A DNA stretch of 34,779 bases from an uncultured Candidatus Peribacteria bacterium (GTDB lineage Bacteria; Patescibacteriota; Gracilibacteria; Peribacterales; Peribacteraceae), in the NCBI GenBank assembly GCA_964404805.1, contig CAYOLJ010000002.1, positions 1 to 34,779 on the forward strand, given 5' to 3'. Under the pieces are notes generated by a model. It worked only from the letters and a program-made list of their open reading frames with translations, was not told the origin of the DNA and ran no database searches. Made by a program: the position numbers and the translations under genes. Below are positions 9,301-16,441 of the stretch, in pieces. Every line of letters starts with the position of its first letter. The stretch's first letter is position 1.

Positions 9301-9524
9301 AGGCGCGGCAGGACTTCGTCGTGCTCACGCTCGCCAGCCGCGTAACAGCCAAAGAGATCATGCAACTCATCAAGGAGCATCCGCAGTGGAAAATCTCAGG
9401 ATCCACGCTCAATCTGCCGTTTGAGGAGCTTCTCAAGAAGCATAGTGGCGACGAATCGTTATGGGTGGCGGCACTCACGAAGCAAGTGCACATTCTTGCC
9501 GGAAAAACGAAAGAGAAGAAATAA
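6345..9524 (+). CDS. mfd: transcription-repair coupling factor
   Basis: CarD/TRCF RNAP-interaction domain (GDYVVHMEHGIGHFEGM...GDKLFVPVEQADKLSKF). SF2 helicase motifs GDVGFGKTEVAMRAAF, DEEQRFG and QLRGRVGRS. C-terminal TRCF domain. 1059 aa. Confidence 0.93.
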   Translation: MQPSLLLGRDTHRELSELLKKERRLVLSGASNETAKALLLSLFLEQHPQRTLLLTGREEETETLQHWLQFFDQETHILQPIENGEGEVLPDALQVFLQFMQGEESTNGIFLCARATWDQSFPRFAELMERILTLTVGSDIHYTTFIEDLIERGYQHGEDLYLSPGEYRRIGDVFDIFPIQSDHPYRVSFNVDRVEKILTVDAVDLSKTKDNEKKLQIFPLLYEHMVSLAEQLPAKALLAVDDQDDVEFPMTATALRFTPFPETEDHHAHLRYLSVLKFYTLTDFLNDVRDKLTQKWAIFVVTKRLDELESICKEERIPCTTEEKRSPGTLTLIGAEDDEVLPHSLQNPDLKFALLTDREIFSLKKAGKQRSIQKLALDFITSLVPGDYVVHMEHGIGHFEGMTQKEVDGTNREYLELTYAEGDKLFVPVEQADKLSKFVYEEGQEPILTQLGTNEWKRVMKKTKEETEQIAKELLLLYAKRAKAKGFGFDEDSEKQRKFEESFPYEETPGQRKAIEDLKNDMEGPHPMDRLVCGDVGFGKTEVAMRAAFKAVQGGKQVAVVAPITILADQHYHSFRERMLPFGVRVEMLSRFRTVKEQKVTLEKLKKGQADIVIGTHRLLQDDVKFHNLGLVIVDEEQRFGVKQKEKFKDMRASVDILTLTATPIPRTLNLGLHKLRDITTITTPPPGRLPIITEVRRYSNSLIRHAIIFELNRKGQSFILHNRVETIDAFADKLRLLIPEAKFIVAHGQLKADDLEARVLEFKEGKVDVLVSSTIIENGIDLPRANTLVVDQAEHFGLAQLYQLRGRVGRSKVQAYAYFLYHGQRLQDDAKKRLRAIVEACELGSGFQVAMRDLEIRGAGEILGASQSGTMNTVGVSHYLRMLKAAVEEMKAGEKSEVEEEISPEILLPVEAMLPSFYITDEQERISVYQKLAGSEDEATLKEFEEDLRDEFGEPPQPVKNLLAVLQLKLVCRQVGILRIKMEHEARQDFVVLTLASRVTAKEIMQLIKEHPQWKISGSTLNLPFEELLKKHSGDESLWVAALTKQVHILAGKTKEKK

Positions 9525-9587
9525 GAGTATTGGCGATCTACACTCTTCTACTGCTTTTGTGCGAGGATGGCGGAAAACGTGAAAATT

Positions 9588-9596
9588 TGGTATAAT
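9588..9596 (+). promoter_or_regulatory. extended -10 promoter element TGGTATAAT
   Basis: Exact TGnTATAAT match 28 nt upstream of the ATG at 9625, in the 100-nt gap after mfd. Confidence 0.5.
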
Positions 9597-9624
9597 TAGT
9601 AAGAAAGGTTCCATACCAATATCT

Positions 9625-9975
9625 ATGCCTGCTGCTCAACAGAATTCTGGTGCTCCTACCGTTCCGGCCAAGCGTACAGGTGCGGAAATTTACAACAGCA
9701 TCATGCGTGAGATCGAACCAGAGCTCACCCTCGATCAGATTCCGCTGATGAAGGAGAAGTATAAAAATGAGACACCTGAGCAGAAGAGGGCGCGCAGTGA
9801 ACGCTATGCCAAGGCGATGGAGGAATACGAGCAGCGCTATGCGAAGTATTTACAGGAACAGGATGCCAAGGTGCGCTCGTTTAAAATCGGAACCATCCAC
9901 TTCGTTGAAGAGAAGGCTTCGGAGAGTGACCAACAGAAGCTCAAGTCCATCGAGGCTTCATTCGATACCAATTAA
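9625..9975 (+). CDS. hypothetical small charged/helical protein
   Basis: 116-aa ORF with its own promoter motif. Its stop lies 5 nt before the next ATG (9981), suggesting coupling. I recognise no family. Confidence 0.6.
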   Translation: MPAAQQNSGAPTVPAKRTGAEIYNSIMREIEPELTLDQIPLMKEKYKNETPEQKRARSERYAKAMEEYEQRYAKYLQEQDAKVRSFKIGTIHFVEEKASESDQQKLKSIEASFDTN

Positions 9976-9980
9976 TTTTC

Positions 9981-11711
9981 ATGTTGTTTCATCCCACATT
10001 TAGCACAGAGAAAGAACGGAGATTGATATTCGATGGTGGTGCGCCTGCCGCAGCTCCCGGCGAGGCCCCTGTTGCACCGCCTGCCGCGGAATTAACTCCC
10101 GAACAAAAAAAGATTCAGGGGCAGATTGAGAAGATCGCGGCGAATCCTGATGTGGCAAAAGAGTTGGCGGCTTTTCAAGTGCAGAAAGCGAATGAAGACA
10201 ATGCCCAATTGCAGGAGCGATACAAGGCAGCGCTCGTGAATGCGGCGAATGCGTATCATCAAGAACTTATAGCCTTGGCCACCCCAGATTCCCTCCAAGT
10301 GGTTAACGAAGCGTTTGCAGAAACTGGTGTTACATTTGAACTTGGGGTTGATGGAAAGCTTGCGATCGGGGCTGAGGTGCCAGTAGATCGAGAAGAGAAA
10401 GGCCGTGAGCTTACTGATGTAGAAAAGACGATGATTCAAGAAGCCTTTGCATCTAATCCCCAATTAGCTGCCGCAGCCGAGGTCCTGATGGGACGCATGA
10501 CTGAAGACAGCCCAGATCTTGCCGTGGCCCAAGGGTTCTTTGAAAACTTTAATAAAAAGAGCCCAAAAGAGAAACAAGAGATCCTCACCAAAGATCCGGC
10601 ATTTCAAGAGTTTCTGCGTGAGATTCCTGCAGATCAGCAGGAGCTTGTGAAACAGATGCGCCAAACGATGATTGAAACAACACGAGAAGAAGCGACAGAA
10701 CTCTCTGACGAAGAGCGCGCAGATATTATTGATGGCGCAGAGAAAGAACTGGAGAAATTCGATGCCACCAAAGCCTCAGAGATCGATAAAAATATTATGC
10801 TCGCACGCATGCAGATGCGCGGCATCGATACCAGTAATCCCGACGAGATCTTCGCCAAGCCTCCTATACTCAAGGTGACCGAAGGCTCACCTATGGAACG
10901 TGGATTCAGTAAGATTATGGGTCTGATCGGTTACGTTCTACTGAGTATTCAGAAGATGAAGGGGAAGTTGAATCCAGAGACGAAGACGGGCGCAGATGCG
11001 CCGGCGGGTAAGCCTGGTACGGGCGCGGAGGCTCCGGCCCCGGGACAGGATGCGTTGAAACAGAAGCTGAAAGAGCAGATGAAGACGAAGAAGGGTGATG
11101 CACTTCTCTCAGAGAAAGGAGCCCAAAAAACTACCTTAGAGGGAGAGATTCAGGCTCTGAAAACAGAGGTGGATGACCTTAAGGATAAAGAGGATGAGGA
11201 GAATAAAGGTGCCTTTGAATACAAGAACGGAGAATTACAGCAGAAACAGCAGGAAGTAGCCCAACTAACACAGGAAGTTACAGTGCTACAGGAGATGAAA
11301 ATCACAACAGAGAACCAGAAAAATATCCTCAATGGAGGCAAGGATGCACTTACTTCGTATCTTGGGAGGTCAGATGCGCGCACTAGAGTTCCAGGCGGCG
11401 TGAAGATATGCGACGGTCTAAAGAAAACAGTTTTTGTGGTAAATGATAGTTTTGAGCTCTCTCTCACAAATGAAACAGGCGGCCCTGTTGATCGCACTAT
11501 TCTTGGTGATCTCTCGGGAGCTATTACCTTCAGAATGGGCACTGGCATAGACTACTTTGCCATCAATGAGCAGGCTGTTCTTAAGCAGCCAACTGAACTA
11601 CAGACGGTTTTCCGCCAGTTGCTTGATGGATTTAAGGCGGATGTGAAAGCAGATGAGCCACCGCGCCCAGCTGCTCCTGCGGTGCCAGCTGTTCCACCGG
11701 CTGCTCCCTAA
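9981..11711 (+). CDS. hypothetical 576-aa protein with Pro/Ala-rich termini and a central/C-terminal coiled coil
   Basis: Long ORF. N-terminus GGAPAAAPGEAPVAPPAAE and C-terminus PPRPAAPAVPAVPPAAP. Heptad-like segment LEGEIQALKTEVDDLKDKEDEENKGAFEYKNGELQQKQQEVAQLTQEVTVLQEMK. One hydrophobic patch, FSKIMGLIGYVLLSI. No recognisable domain. Confidence 0.7.
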   Translation: MLFHPTFSTEKERRLIFDGGAPAAAPGEAPVAPPAAELTPEQKKIQGQIEKIAANPDVAKELAAFQVQKANEDNAQLQERYKAALVNAANAYHQELIALATPDSLQVVNEAFAETGVTFELGVDGKLAIGAEVPVDREEKGRELTDVEKTMIQEAFASNPQLAAAAEVLMGRMTEDSPDLAVAQGFFENFNKKSPKEKQEILTKDPAFQEFLREIPADQQELVKQMRQTMIETTREEATELSDEERADIIDGAEKELEKFDATKASEIDKNIMLARMQMRGIDTSNPDEIFAKPPILKVTEGSPMERGFSKIMGLIGYVLLSIQKMKGKLNPETKTGADAPAGKPGTGAEAPAPGQDALKQKLKEQMKTKKGDALLSEKGAQKTTLEGEIQALKTEVDDLKDKEDEENKGAFEYKNGELQQKQQEVAQLTQEVTVLQEMKITTENQKNILNGGKDALTSYLGRSDARTRVPGGVKICDGLKKTVFVVNDSFELSLTNETGGPVDRTILGDLSGAITFRMGTGIDYFAINEQAVLKQPTELQTVFRQLLDGFKADVKADEPPRPAAPAVPAVPPAAP

Positions 11712-11759
11712 TCAGGGGAAGCCATTCTCTGAGCGAGGAGCAAAGCACTGAGTTTCAGG

Positions 11760-12299
11760 CTACCTTTTTCTTCTAGTGAATTTGAATACTAGAAATTCAT
11801 TATTAATTAGCCAAAGTAAACCAGACAAGAGCTGCAAGAACACACCAACATGAAATGTCTGTTTTTCTATTCTATATGCTGGGCTATGTAACAAAGCATT
11901 ATTGATAACATCTTGTAAATCTGTGATCTGAACTTGCTTGGTCTCTTCAGTATTCAAAACAACATCAAAAATACAGTGATTATGTGTTTTGCCATCCATT
12001 GTAAGAGATGCACCATTGCAATCTAGTTTACTAATTTCACTAATTCCAAGTTCCTTTAAACTAGGATCCTGATTTTCCAATAGTGCTTCATAAATCCAAA
12101 ACATTAAATCTCCTTTTGCAACTTTTGTCCCCGTTTGTAATGATTGTGCAGATGAAATAAAGGTATCATAATTCGGAGCAATCCTTCTTCTATAAATAGG
12201 ATCTTTGTCAGCATTAGAAGCCCAAAAACCAATATTCATAAGAATAAATCCAATGATTCCAAATGTTACGGTGGCCAGTGCTAACCCGTGTTTTTTCAT
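11760..12299 (-). CDS. hypothetical two-TM membrane protein encoded by a low-GC (about 33%) gene
   Basis: ATG start. N-terminal TM LALATVTFGIIGFILMNIGFW and C-terminal TM VGVFLQLLSGLLWLI followed by KFTRRKR. My hand count gives 180 G+C in 540 nt, while neighbours are far more GC-rich. It starts 20 nt downstream of the tRNA-Leu 3' end. Confidence 0.65.
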   Translation of the reverse strand: MKKHGLALATVTFGIIGFILMNIGFWASNADKDPIYRRRIAPNYDTFISSAQSLQTGTKVAKGDLMFWIYEALLENQDPSLKELGISEISKLDCNGASLTMDGKTHNHCIFDVVLNTEETKQVQITDLQDVINNALLHSPAYRIEKQTFHVGVFLQLLSGLLWLINNEFLVFKFTRRKR

Positions 12300-12319
12300 A
12301 ATAACCAGAAACTTATATG

Positions 12320-12406
12320 TGGTGCCGAGGAGAGGGTTCGAACCTCCATGGGATTGCTCCCACCAGCTCCTAAGGCTGGCGCGTCTGCCAATTTCGCCAC
12401 CTCGGC
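12320..12406 (-). tRNA. tRNA-Leu (anticodon UAG), type II with long variable arm, CCA encoded
   Basis: The reverse complement folds as acceptor GCCGAGG/CCTCGGC, D stem GCG/CGC, anticodon stem CCAGC/GCTGG with loop CTTAGGA, variable arm GGGA-GCAA-TCCC, T arm GGAGG-TTCGAAC-CCTCT, discriminator A and CCA. Length 87 nt. Confidence 0.93.
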
Positions 12407-12436
12407 ATACCTATACTGTAGCAAGCTTTCTATCGT

Positions 12437-13426
12437 TTATGAGGGGATTTCTTCCTCTCCCCGTGCGATACGATCTGCGCGGCGGGCAGCCTCCTCTTCA
12501 CGGTGTATGGCCTCCTTACCGGCCTGATCGCCCTTCTGCTTCGCTTCAGTCTCCACCCCTTGTAGGGTTTCGCGTTCGTGTACCGTGGCCTGCTCGCGCT
12601 TGCGGTGGGCGAGTGCCTCGAGTTCTAGTTTCTTCTTTGTGGTTTCAGTATCAACTGCTGTCTTCTTGGTGCGCTTGTCTTGCTCAATCTTTTCGCGCTC
12701 ACGACGTTCATCCGCATCAATCTTACGTTGCTCTGTGTCGCGAACACCCATGGGCAGGCTTGCGGCGGCAAGGCGTCGTCTACGAATATCACCTTCCATT
12801 CGGGCCGTTGCCTCCCGCTCCTGCGCATCGAGCTTGGCCTTCTTCTGCTTTGCCTCTTCATCAGCTGTTTCCTTCAGGCGCTGCTCTTCTTGATCAGCAT
12901 CTGAGCGCTTCTTACGCCCCTCTGTCTCTGTTTTACTCCGGTCTCGTTTGGCCCAAAGCTCTGCCTGCTGACGTGCAAGCAGGGCGCCCCACTCTGCCTG
13001 CTCGCGGGTGTTATTCATGAGTTTTCTGGCCTCATTTTTTCTACACTCTTTCAAAACCATGCGCGCGTTCTGTTCCTGCATTTGTTTCATGTACTCACGG
13101 CGCTTCTTCATACGCTCTTCGTGTTCTGCAGCCTGATCTTCCCAAAATTTCTTCTCCTCTGCCTTCTTTTTTTTCATCTCTATCACCGCCTTTTTTCGTT
13201 CGACCTCCGCTCCGCTCCATTCTTTGAGTTCCTGCTTTTTGCGTTCTTCTGCCAGGATATCTGCTTCGGCAAATGCATGTTGGCGTTCGCCGCGTTCCAC
13301 TCCCTCCCGCTCGCGTCCTGCGCGGTGCTCCTTATCCTTTTCCAGCTGCTTACGCTTGAGCTCCTGAGCACGCTCAAGTTCTCTCTGCATGTCAGCCTTC
13401 TTGGGGTCCACAGGATCGTTCGACAT
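12437..13426 (-). CDS. hyper-charged E/K/R-rich helical protein, unknown function
   Basis: 329-aa ORF. My count gives 166 D/E/K/R residues (about 50%). No TM segment or signal peptide. ATG start sits 6 nt after a TGCTATAAT motif. Confidence 0.7.
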   Translation of the reverse strand: MSNDPVDPKKADMQRELERAQELKRKQLEKDKEHRAGREREGVERGERQHAFAEADILAEERKKQELKEWSGAEVERKKAVIEMKKKKAEEKKFWEDQAAEHEERMKKRREYMKQMQEQNARMVLKECRKNEARKLMNNTREQAEWGALLARQQAELWAKRDRSKTETEGRKKRSDADQEEQRLKETADEEAKQKKAKLDAQEREATARMEGDIRRRRLAAASLPMGVRDTEQRKIDADERREREKIEQDKRTKKTAVDTETTKKKLELEALAHRKREQATVHERETLQGVETEAKQKGDQAGKEAIHREEEAARRADRIARGEEEIPS

Positions 13427-13432
13427 CTGATT

Positions 13433-13441
13433 ATTATAGCA
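13433..13441 (-). promoter_or_regulatory. extended -10 promoter element TGCTATAAT (minus strand), spacing suggests a leaderless mRNA
   Basis: The minus strand reads ctgcTATAATaatcagATG. Only 6 nt separate the -10 hexamer from the ATG at 13426. Confidence 0.45.
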
Positions 13442-13483
13442 GAAAGGGCTCTCTGATGCACTCTATCGCAAACAGGCAGGATA

Positions 13484-15250
13484 TTACTTTTCCTCGACAA
13501 CGCGGATGCCCAGCTCGTTGAGCTGTGCGTCAGAAACAACAGACGGAGCCCCCATCATGACATCCTGCGCCTTACCATTTTTGGGGAACGCATAAATATC
13601 ACGAATACTTAGGCATTCCCATAGCACCATCATGAGGCGGTCAATACCCGGAGCGATGCCGCCATGCGGCGGGGCACCGTATTGGAAAGCGCGGATCATG
13701 CCGCCAAATTTTCGATCAACATCCTCTTTCGTGTATCCGGCGATACCAAATGCTTTGTACATGATATCCGGACTGTGATTTCTGATGGCTCCTGAGCTGA
13801 TCTCGAAGCCGTTGCAAATAAGGTCGTACTGGAAGGCAAGAATCGAAAGAGGATCTTTCGCTTCCAGCGCCTCCATCCCACCCTGTGGCATCGAGAAGGG
13901 GTTATGCGAGAAATCAATTTTCTTCTCCTGCTCATTCCACTCGTACATGGGGTAATCCTTTATCCATGCCCACGCGGCTACCTTAGGATCAGCCAATTTG
14001 AGTTTTTTGCCGATCTCGGCGCGAACCTGACCGATTGAGCGACATGCGGTGAGCCATTTATCCGCCGTGAAGAAGGCAATATCTCCTTCTTCTAACTTGA
14101 GCTGTTCGGCGATTTTTCCAGCAAGATCGGGTCCTAACTTCGCCGCGGGCACACCTTCGAGTTTCCCCTTAGCCATCTTCATCCACGCGAGTCCCTTGGC
14201 ACCGAATGTCCGAGCGGCCTCTGTGAGATCATCAATTTCCTTGCGAGAGAATTTTGCACCGCCGGCGACTCTCAACGCTTTTACTGCTCCCCCCTGAGCA
14301 ACGGCATCGGCGAAGATGGAGAATCCGCATCCCTTGCAGAGAGACGTAACATCCGAGAGCTCCAAGCCGAAGCGCAGATCGGGCTTGTCTGATCCGTAGC
14401 GGTCAAAGATCTCTTTCCATGTGAACTGAGGAAATGTTTTCTGTAGGACCTTTTTATCACTAAAGCGTTCCGTGAGTTCCACCATGAGAGGTCCCACAAC
14501 TTCAAATACATCCTCTTGTGTGACGAAGCTCATTTCCAGGTCAAGCTGGTAGAACTCACCTGGGTGTCGGTCTGCACGGGGGTCTTCGTCACGGAAACAA
14601 GGGGCGATCTGAAAGTAACGGTCGAGCCCCGCCACCATAAGGAGCTGCTTAAACTGTTGTGGAGCTTGTGGAAGGGCATAAAACATGCCACGGTGCAGTC
14701 GGCTCGGGACGAGATAGTCACGCGCTCCCTCTGGCGAAGAATTGGCGAGAATGGGGGTCTGCACCTCAGTAAAATTCTTGCTGTGCATGTAGGTGCGGAT
14801 ATGTCCAATGAAGGCATCCCGCTTCTGCATCATTTTTTGTAGGGTAGGGCGCCGAAGATCCAAGAAGCGATACTGGAGCCGGAGTTCCTCGTTGACCTCC
14901 TTCTCCTGATCGATTTCGAAAGGTGGGGTCTTTGCCTCACTCAGGACCGCTAGTTCTTCCGCGATCACTTCTATCTCTCCTGTAGGATTCTCTCTCCGTT
15001 CTGCACCATCAACGCGCTTGCGCACCGTCCCGGTGATTTTGAGTACCCACTCGGGGCGGATCTTTTCGACCGTGGTGAAGACTGCCTTGTTCTCAGGATC
15101 AAACACAATTTGGGTGAAACCGTAACGGTCTCGCAGATCAATGAAGATAAGCCCTCCGTGGTCACGGCGCCGGTGCACCCAGCCGCAGAGCGTTGTTTCT
15201 TCCTTCGCGTTCTTTGCCGTGAGTTCGCCACAGGTGTGCGTACGGAGCAT
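13484..15250 (-). CDS. aspS: aspartyl-tRNA synthetase
   Basis: Bacterial-type AspRS. N-terminus MLRTHTCGELT. Class II motifs FYQLDLEMSF, QIAPCFRDEDPRADR and GGIAPGIDRLMM. The ORF stays open upstream to a GTG at 15286 and an ATG at 15280. The ATG at 15250 gives the canonical N-terminus. Confidence 0.93.
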   Translation of the reverse strand: MLRTHTCGELTAKNAKEETTLCGWVHRRRDHGGLIFIDLRDRYGFTQIVFDPENKAVFTTVEKIRPEWVLKITGTVRKRVDGAERRENPTGEIEVIAEELAVLSEAKTPPFEIDQEKEVNEELRLQYRFLDLRRPTLQKMMQKRDAFIGHIRTYMHSKNFTEVQTPILANSSPEGARDYLVPSRLHRGMFYALPQAPQQFKQLLMVAGLDRYFQIAPCFRDEDPRADRHPGEFYQLDLEMSFVTQEDVFEVVGPLMVELTERFSDKKVLQKTFPQFTWKEIFDRYGSDKPDLRFGLELSDVTSLCKGCGFSIFADAVAQGGAVKALRVAGGAKFSRKEIDDLTEAARTFGAKGLAWMKMAKGKLEGVPAAKLGPDLAGKIAEQLKLEEGDIAFFTADKWLTACRSIGQVRAEIGKKLKLADPKVAAWAWIKDYPMYEWNEQEKKIDFSHNPFSMPQGGMEALEAKDPLSILAFQYDLICNGFEISSGAIRNHSPDIMYKAFGIAGYTKEDVDRKFGGMIRAFQYGAPPHGGIAPGIDRLMMVLWECLSIRDIYAFPKNGKAQDVMMGAPSVVSDAQLNELGIRVVEEK

Positions 15251-15316
15251 AGGCAAAGTGTAATTGTTCCATTGTCGCATTACCACAGAGTTCCGTAGCC
15301 TTCTTCCACCGGTTTG

Positions 15317-15763
15317 CTATTTGAGGAGCTGCCCCAATTCCTTCTTAAATTCCTGCACATCTTTAAATTCGCGATGCACAGAAGCAAATCGGATGTAGGC
15401 GACGGTATCGAGCTTCTTCAATTCCCGCATCACATCAGTGCCGATGGTGGAACTCGATACCTCCTTACGGTTACCGCCCCATTTCTCTTCCAATTTGGTG
15501 AGCAGACGGTCAATCTTCTCCTGCGAAATCGGGCGCTTGGAACAGGCGAGCCAAATACCGCGCTCAAGCTTGGTGCGACTATACGGTTCACGGGTGCTGT
15601 CACGCTTGATGACGATGAGGTTGCTAAGTTCCTGGCGCTCAAACGTTGTGTAACGATGATTACACTTGGTGCACTCGCGCCGACGGCGAATTGCCCGACC
15701 ATCCTCTGCGAGACGCGAGTCGATAACCGCCGTGTCGGTCGCTTTGCATCGCGGGCAGTACAT
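15317..15763 (-). CDS. nrdR: transcriptional repressor NrdR
   Basis: MYCPRCKATDTAVIDSRLAEDGRAIRRRRECTKCNHRYTTFE zinc ribbon followed by an ATP-cone region. 148 aa. Confidence 0.93.
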   Translation of the reverse strand: MYCPRCKATDTAVIDSRLAEDGRAIRRRRECTKCNHRYTTFERQELSNLIVIKRDSTREPYSRTKLERGIWLACSKRPISQEKIDRLLTKLEEKWGGNRKEVSSSTIGTDVMRELKKLDTVAYIRFASVHREFKDVQEFKKELGQLLK

Positions 15764-15826
15764 ACCAAGAGCTTACTCGGCTCTTCTTGTGTTGCGGAAG
15801 AGACTTTGCAGGGTTCTTCAGCGATC

Positions 15827-16441
15827 TTAGACGGAAAGGTCGCCCTGACGATGTGTGCGTGACTGCCCTGCAGATGAAAGGTTGATAATGGTTGAGGGCG
15901 GAGTTAGTGGGAGCGTACCGCTGTCGAGGATGAGGTCTGGCTGGACATTGGCGGAGGCAAACTGCTGCTCAATTTTCTGTACCGAGTAGGGATTGGGCCT
16001 GCCGTGTACGTTGGCCGATGTTGTCGAAAGCGGCTTGCCGAAGCGCCTGACGAGCTCCATAGCCAAAGGATGACTCGAGATACGAATGCCAAGAGAGGGT
16101 GTAGGGGGTAGAGGGTAGGGGGTAGGGAATATTTGCTGGGTATCTTTGCGAAGCGAAAGAATGAGCGTGAGGGGGCCTGGGAGGTGCTTCGAGGCGAGCT
16201 CTTCGGCCTTCGTGTTCCATTCAACGTATTTCTTTGCTGTGGCTATTGATGCAAAGAGCCCGCTCACCGGTTGATCCTGCGGACGATTCTTGATCGCAAA
16301 GAGTTTTGTAACCGCCTGCGGATTAGTGAGATCGCAGGCAAGTCCGTAGCAGGTCTCTGTTGCATGGGCGACTACACCCCCTGCAGCAAGAATGCGTAGA
16401 GCCTCTTCGAGCGCCTGTGGCGAAGCAGTGACCAAGAGCAT
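15827..16441 (-). CDS. tsaC: L-threonylcarbamoyladenylate synthase (YrdC/TsaC family)
   Basis: YrdC-fold signatures (GGVVAHATETCYGLACD, KNRPQDQPVS, LPGPLTLIL, STTSANVHG, PSTIINL). Its start overlaps the dnaE stop as TAATG at 16439-16443. Confidence 0.85.
   Translation of the reverse strand: MLLVTASPQALEEALRILAAGGVVAHATETCYGLACDLTNPQAVTKLFAIKNRPQDQPVSGLFASIATAKKYVEWNTKAEELASKHLPGPLTLILSLRKDTQQIFPTPYPLPPTPSLGIRISSHPLAMELVRRFGKPLSTTSANVHGRPNPYSVQKIEQQFASANVQPDLILDSGTLPLTPPSTIINLSSAGQSRTHRQGDLSV

Noticed and set aside
11712-12436. Possible integrated mobile element at tRNA-Leu
   Set aside because: There is no integrase, recombinase or transposase ORF. Only a 7-nt match to the tRNA 3' end lies downstream, so I report a compositional anomaly and not a mobile element.
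12205-13020. 271-aa plus-strand ORF
   Set aside because: It runs antisense to the hyper-charged protein gene and straight through tRNA-Leu. Its Pro/Arg/Ser/Ala-rich translation is typical of a shadow frame of a GC-rich, purine-skewed gene.
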